A stretch of DNA of 64,000 nt from an uncultured Bacteroidales bacterium (GCA_900318465.1 ONKQ01000007.1:4437-68436), one strand, 5' to 3'; counted from the stretch's first letter, positions 8,645 through 19,558 are shown. The notes: generated by a model from the letters alone, not told the origin. A program made the numbers and translations.

Positions 8645-9942
8645 TAATCTCTTTTATAGATGTCTCGTGTGTAGACTTTTTCCTTCACGTCGTCAAGGCT
8701 ATTGTCATAACGGTTGGCAATGATAGCGTGACTCACCGCCTTGAACTTCGCCAAGTCATTGACCACCAATGAGCCAAAGAAGGTCGTGCCGTCGAGCAAT
8801 GTCGGCTCATAAATGATGACCTCGGCTCCCTTTGCCTTGACACGCTTCATCACACCTTGAATACTCGATTGGCGGAAATTGTCGCTATTCGACTTCATTG
8901 TCAGTCGGTAGACACCGATAACGCAGTGGCGTTCTTGTGCCGCATTGTATTGCCCTTGGTCAAAATAATCGTAATAGCCCGCTTTTTTCAACACCTGGTC
9001 GGCGATGAAATCCTTGCGGGTGCGATTGCTCTCCACAATGGCACTCATCATGTTCTGCGGCACATCAGCGTAGTTGGCCAAAAGCTGTTTGGTGTCCTTG
9101 GGCAAACAATAGCCACCGTAACCAAACGAAGGATTGTTGTAGTGGCTTCCAATGCGAGGATCCAAACAAACACCCTCAATAATAGACTGGGTATCAAGAC
9201 CTTTTACCTCAGCGTAAGTGTCCAATTCATTGAAATAACTCACACGCAAGGCAAGGTAGGTGTTCGCGAAGAGCTTCACTGCCTCGGCCTCTTTCATACT
9301 CATGAACAAAACAGGCACATCCTCCTTTAAAGCTCCTTGCTTCAGGAGTGCAGCAAACTGATGTGCTTTTTCTTCAAGGTCAACGCTCGCCATCCTTAAA
9401 ATCGCCTCGTTTTCTTCATCACGGCCTTTGATTTCTTTGGGATAGCCCACGATGATGCGGCTCGGATAAAGGTTGTCGTAGAGAGCCTTGCTTTCGCGTA
9501 AAAACTCAGGCGAGAAAAGCAGGTTGAACTTCTTCACACCACGAGCTGCATAATTCAAATAAAGGCTTCGTGTATAGCCCACAGGTATAGTGCTCTTGAT
9601 GACCATCACCGCATCGGGATTGACACTCAAAACGAGGTCGATGACTTCTTCCACGTGCGAGGTGTCGAAGAAATTCTTCTGCGGGTCGTAGTTGGTGGGG
9701 GCAGCGATGACAACGAAATCAGCGTCTTTGTATGCTGCTGCTCCATCAAGAGTGGCCGTCAGGTCAAGTTCCTTCTCTGCAAGATATTTCTCAATATATT
9801 CGTCCTGAATCGGCGATTTGCGATTGTTGATGAGATCCACTTTTTCAGGAATCACATCTACAGCAGTAACGTGATTGTGTTGTGCCAATAAAATAGCTAT
9901 GCTCAAGCCCACATAACCCGTACCTGCAATGGCGATATTCAT
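8644..9942 (-). CDS. ugd: UDP-glucose 6-dehydrogenase
   Basis: 432 aa. Rossmann motif AGTGYVGLS and catalytic Cys context [10 protein letters not shown], typical of nucleotide-sugar dehydrogenases. Confidence 0.88.
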   Translation of the reverse strand: MNIAIAGTGYVGLSIAILLAQHNHVTAVDVIPEKVDLINNRKSPIQDEYIEKYLAEKELDLTATLDGAAAYKDADFVVIAAPTNYDPQKNFFDTSHVEEVIDLVLSVNPDAVMVIKSTIPVGYTRSLYLNYAARGVKKFNLLFSPEFLRESKALYDNLYPSRIIVGYPKEIKGRDEENEAILRMASVDLEEKAHQFAALLKQGALKEDVPVLFMSMKEAEAVKLFANTYLALRVSYFNELDTYAEVKGLDTQSIIEGVCLDPRIGSHYNNPSFGYGGYCLPKDTKQLLANYADVPQNMMSAIVESNRTRKDFIADQVLKKAGYYDYFDQGQYNAAQERHCVIGVYRLTMKSNSDNFRQSSIQGVMKRVKAKGAEVIIYEPTLLDGTTFFGSLVVNDLAKFKAVSHAIIANRYDNSLDDVKEKVYTRDIYKRD

Positions 9943-9977
9943 ATTCGGTCGGTTGGTTTTCTAACAATCAATTGTTG

Positions 9978-11282
9978 TTATAATCTTCCGTCAACAATCG
10001 CCCTTGGAAGGATGCCTTTCACATCGAAAATAACACCATTTTCCTTGGCAAAGGCTTTTACATCCATTTCAAGAAATTCCTTGTGAGCCACAGCGAGAAT
10101 GACGGCATCGAACTGTCCTTGAGGCATTTCATTAGTCACCGAAATTCCATATTCATGCTTCACATGCTCAGCATTGGCCCAAGGATCATAAACAGTGATG
10201 TTTGAGGAATATTCTCTCAACGTATTGTAAATGTCAACCACCTTGGTATTGCGAATGTCGGGACAGTTTTCCTTAAAGGTGACACCAAGGATAAGAACTT
10301 TCGCATCCTTTACCATCACACCCTTCTTGTTCATGCACTTGATGGTCTGGTTGGCCACATAAGCACCCATGCCGTCGTTCAAGCGACGTGCATTAATCAT
10401 CACACGTGGCCAAACACCATAAACCTGCGCCTTTTGGATGAGATAGTACGGGTCGACCGAGATGCAGTGTCCACCGACAAGGCCAGGGCTGAGTTTGATG
10501 AAATTCCACTTCGACGAAGCAGCTTCAATGACATCGTGCGTATCTATGCCCATGGCGTTGAATATTTTAGCCAACTCATTCATAAAGGCAATATTGACAT
10601 CACGCTGCGAATTTTCAATAATCTTGGAAGCCTCGGCCACCTTGATACTCGGGGCTTTATGCGTTCCGTTGACAAGGACGCTGTTGTAGACGCTGTCGAC
10701 ATAATCGGCAATCTCTGGAGTGCTTCCTGAGGTGACTTTCTTGATTTTCTCCACCGTGTGCTGCTTGTCGCCTGGATTGATGCGCTCAGGGCTATAGCCA
10801 GCATAGAAGTCAACGTTGAACTTCAAACCGCTTACTTTTTCCACTACGGGAAGACATTCCTCCTCTGTCACTCCAGGATAAACCGTCGATTCATAGACCA
10901 CCACGTCGCCTTTTGAAATGACTTTGCCAACGGCCTCACTTGCACCCCAAAGAGGCCTCAAGTCGGGACGGTTGTTTTCATCGACGGGGGTGGGCACCGC
11001 CACGACGTAGAAATTGCATTTGCGAATCTCGTCAAGATTAGTGGTGCAACGGAAACCGTGGTTTTTGATGGCGTCCTGAAGCAATTCATCGCTCACTTCA
11101 AGGGTGGCATCATGACCCGTCATCAGGGCATCCACGCGGGATTGATTCATGTCGAAGCCGATAGTCTCAAACTTCGTTGAAAACAGGCGGGCAAGTGGCA
11201 GACCAACATAACCCAAGCCTATCACACAAATTTTTGTGTCTTTCATATATTTAATGTATTGTATTAATTCTCTTATTTCCAC
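9978..11282 (-). CDS. wbpA: UDP-N-acetyl-D-glucosamine 6-dehydrogenase-like nucleotide-sugar dehydrogenase (WbpA/TviB type)
   Basis: 434-aa ORF. VIGLGYVGLPLA and catalytic Cys context GGHCISVDPYY. An alternative ATG at 11246 (MKDTKICV) would remove the 10-nt overlap with wbpB. Confidence 0.8.
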   Translation of the reverse strand: MEIRELIQYIKYMKDTKICVIGLGYVGLPLARLFSTKFETIGFDMNQSRVDALMTGHDATLEVSDELLQDAIKNHGFRCTTNLDEIRKCNFYVVAVPTPVDENNRPDLRPLWGASEAVGKVISKGDVVVYESTVYPGVTEEECLPVVEKVSGLKFNVDFYAGYSPERINPGDKQHTVEKIKKVTSGSTPEIADYVDSVYNSVLVNGTHKAPSIKVAEASKIIENSQRDVNIAFMNELAKIFNAMGIDTHDVIEAASSKWNFIKLSPGLVGGHCISVDPYYLIQKAQVYGVWPRVMINARRLNDGMGAYVANQTIKCMNKKGVMVKDAKVLILGVTFKENCPDIRNTKVVDIYNTLREYSSNITVYDPWANAEHVKHEYGISVTNEMPQGQFDAVILAVAHKEFLEMDVKAFAKENGVIFDVKGILPRAIVDGRL

Positions 11283-12241
11283 CCAAATGGATGCCCGCTT
11301 AAAGGCAACTTAGCCATAGGATGGTAATCGCCGATGAGACCTACAGGTTTTGCGTTGCGAATTTCATAGACAATGTTGATGCAACGACGTGCCTCTTCTA
11401 TGCCAAAACCTCGACCTGCAAGAATCTCTTTATAACTCTCGGTATGCAACTCTGTAAATCCCTGACTGAATTCAAATTCGTCACCATCAATCATGATGGT
11501 TCGGAATGTACGCTTCTCCCCTTCCACAGCATTGGGCGGCAATGTGTCAGCATTGATACTGAGGAAGTAACGTACGCGTGCCTTCTCCAATTCGAGATAG
11601 CCAGCCACGCGATCATGCGAAGCCACATGAACAATATTTTTCTTCACATCGCCGAAAATCCAACTCAGCATGTCATAGAAATGCACACCAATGTTGGTGG
11701 CAATGCCTCCACTCTTGTTGACATCGCCTTTCCAAGAGGCATAATACCAGTTGCCGCGCGAAGTGATATAAGTCAAATCAACATCATAAATCTTGTCCTT
11801 CGGACCTTCGTCCACTTTTTTCTTCAGTGCCTTGATTTTGTCATGCAAACGCAGCTGCAAGATGGTGTAAGCCGTACGGCCTTGCCTCTGCTCCACCTTT
11901 ATCAAAGCATCAATGTTCCATGGGTTGAGCACCATGGGCTTCTCGCAAATGACATCGGCGCCGAGACGCAAACCATAACGAGTATGGGCATCATGCAAGT
12001 AGTTGGGCGTACAAACAGAGACATAGTCTATGTTGGTGCCACTGTCGCGAAGTTTGGTGTTATGACGGTCGAACAGCTCCTGCTCGGTGAAAAAAGCAGC
12101 CATTGGGAAATAGCTGTCCATGATACCGACGCTATCGCTCTTGTCGTAAGCGGATACGAGGTTGTTTCCCGTATCCTTGATAGCTTTAAGATGGCGTGGG
12201 GCGATGTATCCCCCCACGCCAATAAGTGCAAAATTCTTCAC
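11273..12241 (-). CDS. wbpB: Gfo/Idh/MocA oxidoreductase, UDP-GlcNAcA 3-dehydrogenase-like (WbpB type)
   Basis: 322 aa, GTG start at 12241. N-terminus MKNFALIGVGGYIAPRHLKAIKDTGNNLVSAYD and ITSRGNWY..SWKGD...GGIATNIGVHFYDML closely follow P. aeruginosa WbpB as I remember it. Confidence 0.8.
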   Translation of the reverse strand: MKNFALIGVGGYIAPRHLKAIKDTGNNLVSAYDKSDSVGIMDSYFPMAAFFTEQELFDRHNTKLRDSGTNIDYVSVCTPNYLHDAHTRYGLRLGADVICEKPMVLNPWNIDALIKVEQRQGRTAYTILQLRLHDKIKALKKKVDEGPKDKIYDVDLTYITSRGNWYYASWKGDVNKSGGIATNIGVHFYDMLSWIFGDVKKNIVHVASHDRVAGYLELEKARVRYFLSINADTLPPNAVEGEKRTFRTIMIDGDEFEFSQGFTELHTESYKEILAGRGFGIEEARRCINIVYEIRNAKPVGLIGDYHPMAKLPLSGHPFGWK

Positions 12242-12243
12242 AA

Positions 12244-13035
12244 TTATAGGTTATTTTTTTCTATGTCCTTGAAATACTTGACCGTTCCGTAGGTCATTTC
12301 GTCGCAGGCCGCATCGTCGCAAACGATGATGCCTTTCGGGTGCATTTGCAACACGCTGACGGTCCACATTTGGCTGACGGCGCCCTCTATGGCATGGGCC
12401 AAAGCGCGAGCCTTGTTGTGACCGTTTGCCAGAATCATCACCTCGCGGCTGTCCATAACGGTTCCCACACCCACGGTAAGAGCGGTCTTCGGCACCTTAT
12501 TAATATCATTCTCAAAGAAACGCGAGTTGGCGATGATAGTGTCGGTGGTGAGGGTTTTCACGCGGGTACGTGAGGTCAGGCTGCTGCCAGGTTCGTTGAA
12601 GGCGATGTGACCATCAGGGCCGATGCCGCCCATGAAGAGGTCGATGCCACTGTATTTCTTGATCTTGGCTTCGTAGCGGGCGCACTCGGCCTCAAGGTCT
12701 TCGGCGTTACCGTTCAGGATGTTCACGTTCTCCTTCTTGATGTCGATATGGCTGAAGAAATTGTTCCACATGAAGCTGTGATAGCTTTCAGGGTGGTCTT
12801 CCGGAATCTTCACATATTCGTCCATATTGAAGGTGACCACGTTCTGGAAGGAAATCTTGCCTTCCTTATGGAGACGAACCAATTCACGATAGGTACCAAT
12901 TGGGGTAGAGCCTGTAGGCAAGCCCAAAATAAAAGGTTTAATAATGGTGGGCTTGAAGGCATTGATGCGTTCCACAATATGATTGGCGGCCCAACGCGAC
13001 ATGGCGTCGTAGTTTTGTTCAATTATGACTCTCAT
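12244..13035 (-). CDS. nagB: Glucosamine-6-phosphate deaminase
   Basis: 263 aa. [15 protein letters not shown] and [15 protein letters not shown] motifs. Confidence 0.9.
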   Translation of the reverse strand: MRVIIEQNYDAMSRWAANHIVERINAFKPTIIKPFILGLPTGSTPIGTYRELVRLHKEGKISFQNVVTFNMDEYVKIPEDHPESYHSFMWNNFFSHIDIKKENVNILNGNAEDLEAECARYEAKIKKYSGIDLFMGGIGPDGHIAFNEPGSSLTSRTRVKTLTTDTIIANSRFFENDINKVPKTALTVGVGTVMDSREVMILANGHNKARALAHAIEGAVSQMWTVSVLQMHPKGIIVCDDAACDEMTYGTVKYFKDIEKNNL

Positions 13036-13081
13036 TTGTTTAATTGTTTAATCTTTGATTTGTTTGGCTATGTATTATTCC

Positions 13082-15298
13082 TTAATTCAAATGTCCTGAT
13101 TTATACTTGTTTACTAAGTCTTCAAACTCCTTAGTTTCTTTGCGGATTTGTTTGACGAAACTGACGTCTTCGATACGACCCACGACAGCAATTTTCTCGG
13201 CCTCGTTGCGGAAAGTGGCGCTTCGAATTTCGTTGTCGTAGTCTTTCTTGCGGCTGATATACACTTGGTCGCAGATGTACCGCTGGATAAGGACTGCCTT
13301 GTCAAGGTTTTCTCTCCACATTTCCTCAGTCATCACATCGGCATCGTCTTTATAAAGGAACATCAAAGCGAAATACGCATGGTGCAGCTTTTCATGCAGG
13401 TAATCTTTCCATAACTCATTGTAGCGGTGATGGATTTCATCCCAAGAATTGAGCTTGCCTTCACGGATGTCGGCACGCAGTTGGTCAACATACTCCTCGG
13501 GCATAGTCTGACCACCAAGATTAATCCATTTGCGGAGTCGCTTGCCACGCATGTGGTTCACGATGGTTTCCATGTCCTTGTCGGGATGTTCCTCAAGATA
13601 TTGCAAAATGGTCTTCACTGCATAATATGTAATCATGTCTCCGTAAGCATGATAGGCTTTCAAAGCCTTGTCAACCACCACCTTGCGATTACCTTTCTCG
13701 ATTCCTTCTCCCAAAACCTCAAGCGTTTTTACGGTCTCAGGCTCATTATAGAGCAAGTTTTTGCCACAGTCACGAAGGTCATAATATTCGTACTTCGTGG
13801 GGTCTTCGCCTTTCGAGCGGAGATAAGCCTGTGCCACCCAGACCTCCAAAAGCTTACGAGCCTCTATGGTCTCCTCAATAGTGTCGGGAGCCAAGGTCTC
13901 AAACTCAATATTCTGAATCTTACGCTTGCGTTTGTCTCTGCTTTGGTATTTCGAGGTGTTGCGCGCAATGGCGTACATGTTGTACATCCACCAATAGGCA
14001 GGCATGAGATGCAGCTCGTCTTTGGTCACATTGTTGCTCACAAGGCAGAACGGCAGCTTGATGTTCATTTCGTTGGGATAGTCGGCTTTCGAAAGCAAAG
14101 TGAACGAGGCGAACTTTGACGAGTGCTTCACGCTCGAGCAAAGTCCCGGCCAAAAACCACGTGAAGCCACAATTTCGCCATCGGTGGCGCGGCTGTTGTG
14201 GTTCGAGCCGATGGTGGCACCTGCCGCCATGTTGCTCTGTCCCATCACGCAGGCCGAAATGAGGAACGAATTGTTGTGGTGCTGTTCATGAGAAGGGAAG
14301 ATGATGTTGTTCAACACCTCGCAGCACGAGATGGTGGAATTATCGCCTAATACTGAGTGGATAAGGCGTGCTCCGTATTTCAAGTTGCAGTTGTCGCCTA
14401 AAACAAAACGCGTGGCCACCACCGAATAGAAGATACGGCAGCCGTAGCCGGTCACGCCGTTCACCAGAATGACACCCTCGCCAATTTGTGAAGGCTCTTC
14501 TTCCGATGAATTGATGGTGATATTCTTCAGCTTGCTTGCACCTTTAATATAGCAGTGAGGTCCCACTTTGGCATCTTTCAGAATCCAGCAGTTCTTGATG
14601 ACACAAGATTCGCCGATGGTGCCATAGTAGCCACGATGGAAGTCGACGCTGGCTTGCGTGATTTCTTTCAAGCGTTCTTGAAGCTTGGTATCGTCTGTGT
14701 ATTTAGCCCAAAGATAAGCATCCGCAGTGGTCATGCCATCGAAAGGCATGATTTTGCGGCTTCCTATTTCATTCATCACTTCAAGCCACACACGCACATC
14801 TTCTGGTTCGCCTTCCTTGATGGTACCATTGCCAAACTTGGAGTGGTCTGTGGTCGACATTTCCTGAATGTTGAACAAAATGCAGCGGTCGCCGATGATA
14901 TAATTGGCCATATAATGCACATCATGGATGGCCACGTCATCGCCAATGTCGCACGAAATAATGCTACTATCAGTAATGCCGATGGGCACACGGAGATCGT
15001 GATATTGCAGCACCTTATTGCTCACACGCCCGATACGCACCATACCAAAAAAGTGGTTGTTACGCACCATATTGGTGTCGAACTCGTCGGTCACCATGAT
15101 ATCGTCCCAGTTAGTAGCCGAGTTGCTGTTTTTCACCAAACGCTCAATCTCGTCGGAACGCAAATGACGCCATGTGTCACCAGGCTTGCCAACTTGAAGG
15201 TTACGGTAATAGTATTCGTCGTGACCGTCATGCAAGTATTTATCTTCAATGAAGTTCTTGTAAATCCGATCGTAATCTATAATTGTTACTTTATCCAT
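13082..15298 (-). CDS. DUF4954-like protein with left-handed beta-helix (hexapeptide-repeat) core
   Basis: 738-aa ORF. The central region is rich in short [LIV]G-x4 repeats (IGDRCILFN, IGESCVIKN, VGPHCYIKG, LGDNCNLKYG, LGDNSTISCC). Function unknown. Confidence 0.6.
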   Translation of the reverse strand: MDKVTIIDYDRIYKNFIEDKYLHDGHDEYYYRNLQVGKPGDTWRHLRSDEIERLVKNSNSATNWDDIMVTDEFDTNMVRNNHFFGMVRIGRVSNKVLQYHDLRVPIGITDSSIISCDIGDDVAIHDVHYMANYIIGDRCILFNIQEMSTTDHSKFGNGTIKEGEPEDVRVWLEVMNEIGSRKIMPFDGMTTADAYLWAKYTDDTKLQERLKEITQASVDFHRGYYGTIGESCVIKNCWILKDAKVGPHCYIKGASKLKNITINSSEEEPSQIGEGVILVNGVTGYGCRIFYSVVATRFVLGDNCNLKYGARLIHSVLGDNSTISCCEVLNNIIFPSHEQHHNNSFLISACVMGQSNMAAGATIGSNHNSRATDGEIVASRGFWPGLCSSVKHSSKFASFTLLSKADYPNEMNIKLPFCLVSNNVTKDELHLMPAYWWMYNMYAIARNTSKYQSRDKRKRKIQNIEFETLAPDTIEETIEARKLLEVWVAQAYLRSKGEDPTKYEYYDLRDCGKNLLYNEPETVKTLEVLGEGIEKGNRKVVVDKALKAYHAYGDMITYYAVKTILQYLEEHPDKDMETIVNHMRGKRLRKWINLGGQTMPEEYVDQLRADIREGKLNSWDEIHHRYNELWKDYLHEKLHHAYFALMFLYKDDADVMTEEMWRENLDKAVLIQRYICDQVYISRKKDYDNEIRSATFRNEAEKIAVVGRIEDVSFVKQIRKETKEFEDLVNKYKSGHLN

Positions 15299-15357
15299 CG
15301 ATTCTTTTGTAAGTATTTATTTAGTTTTCAATAAGTTATCCATAATCTGATTCTTTC

Positions 15358-15438
15358 GACTGAGTCCGGGTTATTCCCGTCGCCTCAGTCTACGATTACG
15401 GAAACGGCTTCACGACTCTACCATAACGGATGCCGCTT
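15358..15438 (-). other. Possible structured RNA element in the rfbB / DUF4954 intergenic spacer
   Basis: Nested hairpin GACTGAG..CGGG-ttatt-CCCG..CTCAGTC (15358-15390), plus a second stem at 15402-15408/15432-15438. The only mismatch in that stem is A.C on plus, which is G.U on the transcribed minus strand. Confidence 0.25.
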
Positions 15439-15483
15439 TTCTTGATGAAAACGTATTTGCTTACAAACATGGTTTCTAATTAG

Positions 15484-16626
15484 TTAGCGGTTCTTATACA
15501 TATCATCGTAATACTTTTGATAGTCGCCGGAAGTAACGTTGTCCAACCATTCCTGATTGTTCAAATACCAGCGGACGGTCTTTTCAATTCCTTCTTCAAA
15601 CTGCAACGACGGTTCCCAACCCAATTCCTTCTGGAGCTTGGTCGAGTCTATCGCGTAACGCAAGTCATGGCCAGCGCGGTCGGTGACGTAGGTGATTAAG
15701 TCCATATCCTCGCCTTCCTTACGACCCAGCAGGCGATCCACCGTATTGATGAGCACCTTGATAAGGTCGATATTCTTCCATTCGTTGAAGCCGCCGATGT
15801 TGTAGGTTTCGGCAATCTTGCCTTCATGGAAAATGAGGTCGATAGCGCGGGCGTGGTCTTCCACGAAGAGCCAATCGCGAACATTCTCACCTTTGCCATA
15901 GACGGGCAACGGCTTGCGATGACGGATGTTGTTGATGAACAACGGTATCAGTTTTTCGGGGAACTGATAAGGGCCATAGTTGTTGGAGCAATTGGTCACG
16001 ACAGTAGGCAGACCGTATGTATCATGGAAAGCACGCACGAAGTGGTCGCTTGATGCTTTTGCTGCGCTGTATGGACTGTGAGGTTGGTATTTCAGGTCCT
16101 CTGTGAAAAACTTGCTGCCGTATGCCAGATGGTGCTTGCCTGATGAGGCCTTGGTGGTGAATGGAGGTTGAATGCCTTCAGGATCAGTCAGTTCAAGTGC
16201 ACCATAAACTTCATCAGTACTGATATGATAGAATCGCTTGCCTTCCCATTTCTCAGGCAGACTTTCCCAGTACAATTTTGCAGCTTGCAGCAATGAAAGC
16301 GTTCCCATCACATTAGTCTGGGCAAAGGTGAACGGGTCTACAATACTGCGGTCGACGTGGCTCTCGGCTGCGAGATGTATAATGCCATCCACATGCTCTT
16401 CCTGCATCAGCTTGTAGATGCCATCAAAATCGCAAATGTCCATCTTGACAAAACGGTAATTCGGCTTGTCCTCGATGTCTTTCAAGTTGGCGAGATTGCC
16501 AGCATAGGTCAATTTGTCAAGATTGATAATCTTGTAATCGGGATATTTGTTGACAAACAAGCGTACGACATGGCTCCCGATAAAGCCTGCGCCGCCAGTA
16601 ATGATGATAGAGCGTTTGTAATTCAT
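15484..16626 (-). CDS. rfbB: dTDP-glucose 4,6-dehydratase
   Basis: ORF 15484..16647 begins with TTG, so I prefer ATG 16626 ([19 protein letters not shown]). Catalytic YSAAKASSDH (YxxxK). Confidence 0.9.
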   Translation of the reverse strand: MNYKRSIIITGGAGFIGSHVVRLFVNKYPDYKIINLDKLTYAGNLANLKDIEDKPNYRFVKMDICDFDGIYKLMQEEHVDGIIHLAAESHVDRSIVDPFTFAQTNVMGTLSLLQAAKLYWESLPEKWEGKRFYHISTDEVYGALELTDPEGIQPPFTTKASSGKHHLAYGSKFFTEDLKYQPHSPYSAAKASSDHFVRAFHDTYGLPTVVTNCSNNYGPYQFPEKLIPLFINNIRHRKPLPVYGKGENVRDWLFVEDHARAIDLIFHEGKIAETYNIGGFNEWKNIDLIKVLINTVDRLLGRKEGEDMDLITYVTDRAGHDLRYAIDSTKLQKELGWEPSLQFEEGIEKTVRWYLNNQEWLDNVTSGDYQKYYDDMYKNR

Positions 16627-16664
16627 AGTTATAATATTTATATTCAATTATTTAGTTACTTAGT

Positions 16665-17675
16665 TTAATATCCATCAGGGTTGTTCCGCTGCCAATTCCA
16701 TGCATCGCGGCACATCTCTTCAAGACCATATTGTGCCTTCCAACCGAGTTCCTTCTCCGCCTTGGCAGGGTCAGAATAACAGGTAGCAATGTCGCCAGCC
16801 CTACGGGGCTTGATGCTATACGGAATCTTTATGCCGTTGACTTTTTCAAAAGCTTTCACCAATTGCAACACCGAGTAGCCTTGACCTGTACCCAGGTTGT
16901 AAATAGCGCAGCCACATTTCCTCTCGATGGCCTGTAAAGCCGCCACATGACCACGAGCCAAATCCACCACATGGATGTAGTCACGTACGCCTGTGCCATC
17001 AATGGTGGGATAGTCATTGCCAAACACGCCCAACTCCTCACGCTTGCCCACGGCCACTTGAGTGACGTACGGCATCAAGTTGTTCGGAATGCCATTGGGG
17101 TTCTCCCCTATCCTACCACTCGGATGGGCTCCGATGGGGTTGAAATAACGCAGCAGCACTACATTCCACTCGTTGTCAGCCTTTTGCATATCCATCATGA
17201 TTTCTTCCAGCATACTTTTGGTCTGGCCGTAAGGGTTGGTGCAATGTCCCTTCGGACATTCCTCCGTAATAGGAATGATGGCCGGGTCGCCATACACCGT
17301 TGCCGACGATGAGAAGATGATGTTTTTGCAGTCGTGCTTGCGCATCACATCAAGAAGTGTCAGTGTGCCGCCGATGTTGTTTTCGTAATATTCCCAAGGT
17401 TTCGCCACGCTCTCGCCTACGGCCTTCAGCCCGGCAAAATGAATGCAGGCATCGAAATGATGCGCCTCCATCACACTGTTGAGTCCTTCACGGTCACGGA
17501 TGTCGACTTCATAGAAAGGAATCTCCTTTCCCGTCAGCTCCGCCACGCGCTCCAACGACTTGCGGTTGGAATTGCTCAAGTTATCTATGACCACGGTTTC
17601 ATGTCCCGCAGCAGAAAGCTCAACCAAAGTATGCGAGCCAATGAATCCGGCACCGCCTGTGACTAAGATTTTCAT
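16665..17675 (-). CDS. galE: UDP-glucose 4-epimerase
   Basis: 336 aa. [15 protein letters not shown] and [11 protein letters not shown] (YxxxK). GalE-like throughout. Confidence 0.9.
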   Translation of the reverse strand: MKILVTGGAGFIGSHTLVELSAAGHETVVIDNLSNSNRKSLERVAELTGKEIPFYEVDIRDREGLNSVMEAHHFDACIHFAGLKAVGESVAKPWEYYENNIGGTLTLLDVMRKHDCKNIIFSSSATVYGDPAIIPITEECPKGHCTNPYGQTKSMLEEIMMDMQKADNEWNVVLLRYFNPIGAHPSGRIGENPNGIPNNLMPYVTQVAVGKREELGVFGNDYPTIDGTGVRDYIHVVDLARGHVAALQAIERKCGCAIYNLGTGQGYSVLQLVKAFEKVNGIKIPYSIKPRRAGDIATCYSDPAKAEKELGWKAQYGLEEMCRDAWNWQRNNPDGY

Positions 17676-19408
17676 AACTCTTTGATTATCCTTATTTCTT
17701 CTAAATCAAGTTGATATAACGAAAAAACCAACTCGTCAATTCTTTCAATGGCTTTAGCATCCCCCCTCAAAGCCTCATCCACCAATGCTGTCAACCGTTG
17801 GTTTGTCTCAGGTGCGATTTGGGGGAAAGGCAAGACCAACAGGTTACCTTTCAATATCTTCAAGTCGCCAAAACGTTTGACATACAAGAAGTTGAACAAG
17901 GTCGAATTGAGGAATGCCAACACTGTTTTGATGCTCATGCCGTCCACTTCGGGGATGAGGATGTTCGCGCTATTAAGAAAGAGGCGTTGCCGATCATCGT
18001 AGGTAAAACAAAGGTGGTTGGAAACGAACTTATACACCAGCTTTTCTTTCGCACGATAGAATTCATCCTTGGCACACTGCTGAAAATCGTCGCGATTATA
18101 CTTGACATATCGAGTTGCCGGCTTCAAACTGTATTTCGCAATGTCCTTGCCCGTGTAAATGGCCTCCAAGTCAGGGGCAGGCCTGTTTTTCAACTTTTTA
18201 GCGTTGTTGCCAGTGATAATGCCCAAGGCCCACTTGCTGTGCGATAGGTCATCATGGCGCAGGCGTTCAGCCTTGGCAAGAATGGCTTCCTCACGGTCGT
18301 TGCCCATAGGGATGATACAGAAATCATCGTCGGAAGGGATGAGTTCCTTGCGGGTGACTTCATTTTTGGCTGTGCTGACAATGTAACTCTGCTTTCCAAA
18401 CACAGGTTTCTTGCTGACTTTCAGGCTGATAAAATCAGTAAAGACCCCTTTGAAGCGTTCATGATAGCAACGTATGCTTTCCATGTGCGTTTCATGCGTG
18501 ACAAAACGACGAAAATCGGCATGAACCTTGATTTTCAAAATGGACGAAGGCAGGAGGAAATGCTGTATTCCCTTGTCAGCCAAAAACTTGTACGACTCAG
18601 CGAAGAACAACGAAGCCTTCTCTTTCGAACTGATGACGTCCGACTTATGACTATGTCCTTTTTCTGTGCCCCAAGGCGGGTTCGTGACAATATAGTCGAA
18701 CTTCATGCCACCCAAAGCCTGAGTTGCATGAGCCAAAAAATCCAACTGATAAATCTGGGGATAAACCGTTGATTCATTGTATTTTACCATCAGGTTGGCC
18801 TTGGCTATCATCACGGCAAGGAAATCATTATCAACCCCGAAAAGCTGCTCCATCCGAGCATGTTCTACTTTGAGTAGAAAGATGCCACTGCCACAACACG
18901 GATCGAGGAATCTCTCTTCATTGAGCAATTGTATGCCTTCCAGCATCTCATTGACAATCACGGGCTTAGTATAATACAATCCCGTAATGATACGATGTCC
19001 CTCGGCGGTCAGCGACTGGTAAATGAAACCAATCCAGTCATCCTGACGGTTCTTTAGGATTTGACGCGGCACGGTTACTTCAACACGCTGACATTGAGCA
19101 TATTCCTCAAAGAAACGCTTACGATTGGCCTCGCTTACCTTGTTAGTCTCCACAAACAAAGCGCAAAGACTGAAAATCAAGTCGTTGATAGGATATTGAG
19201 CCGCTTTCAAGTCTTCCACAAAACGAGGCAAACTACCTGCCGACACATAACCCTCGGGCGTGATAATCTTTTGTGAAAGACTCTTATTGGCCCGTCGTGT
19301 CAAGCGGTCGGCGCGACCATTTTTCAGCTTGTCCCAGTTGCGTCGCGTGGCTTCCGATATCAGTTCTTTTGGTTTCGCCATCATATAGCTCCGCCTCCTA
19401 AGTCCCAT
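17672..19408 (-). CDS. Solitary N6-adenine DNA methyltransferase (gamma-class, Eco57I/TaqI-like with C-terminal target-recognition domain)
   Basis: Motif [12 protein letters not shown] and motif [11 protein letters not shown]. TaqI_C-like C-terminus. Possible starts are GTG 19414, ATG 19408, and ATG 19384/19381. The stop TGA overlaps the galE ATG (ATGA at 17672-17675). Confidence 0.85.
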   Translation of the reverse strand: MGLRRRSYMMAKPKELISEATRRNWDKLKNGRADRLTRRANKSLSQKIITPEGYVSAGSLPRFVEDLKAAQYPINDLIFSLCALFVETNKVSEANRKRFFEEYAQCQRVEVTVPRQILKNRQDDWIGFIYQSLTAEGHRIITGLYYTKPVIVNEMLEGIQLLNEERFLDPCCGSGIFLLKVEHARMEQLFGVDNDFLAVMIAKANLMVKYNESTVYPQIYQLDFLAHATQALGGMKFDYIVTNPPWGTEKGHSHKSDVISSKEKASLFFAESYKFLADKGIQHFLLPSSILKIKVHADFRRFVTHETHMESIRCYHERFKGVFTDFISLKVSKKPVFGKQSYIVSTAKNEVTRKELIPSDDDFCIIPMGNDREEAILAKAERLRHDDLSHSKWALGIITGNNAKKLKNRPAPDLEAIYTGKDIAKYSLKPATRYVKYNRDDFQQCAKDEFYRAKEKLVYKFVSNHLCFTYDDRQRLFLNSANILIPEVDGMSIKTVLAFLNSTLFNFLYVKRFGDLKILKGNLLVLPFPQIAPETNQRLTALVDEALRGDAKAIERIDELVFSLYQLDLEEIRIIKEL

Positions 19409-19462
19409 TAACACTAATTAAGGAACTAAAAATCAAGGCATTAAACATTTTGCCAAAATCGA

Positions 19463-19470
19463 CAAAAATA
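19463..19470 (-). promoter_or_regulatory. Bacteroidota-type -7 promoter box (TAnnTTTG)
   Basis: Plus strand CAAAAATA. A second candidate CAAAAGTA lies at 19479-19486. Both are upstream of the methyltransferase-galE-rfbB string. Confidence 0.4.
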
Positions 19471-19558
19471 AATTGCGGCAAAAGTACGGAATTTTTGATT
19501 TGCTTTAGTGTATTAATTAATAAAATTAATAAAATAACCCTCCAAGAACTATTTTTCT

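Noticed and set aside
17672-19414. The methyltransferase as a type IIG or type I/III restriction-modification enzyme.
   Set aside because: The protein is only about 580 aa. No PD-(D/E)xK or helicase motifs are recognisable, and there are no adjacent hsdS/hsdR/res genes. I call it solitary.
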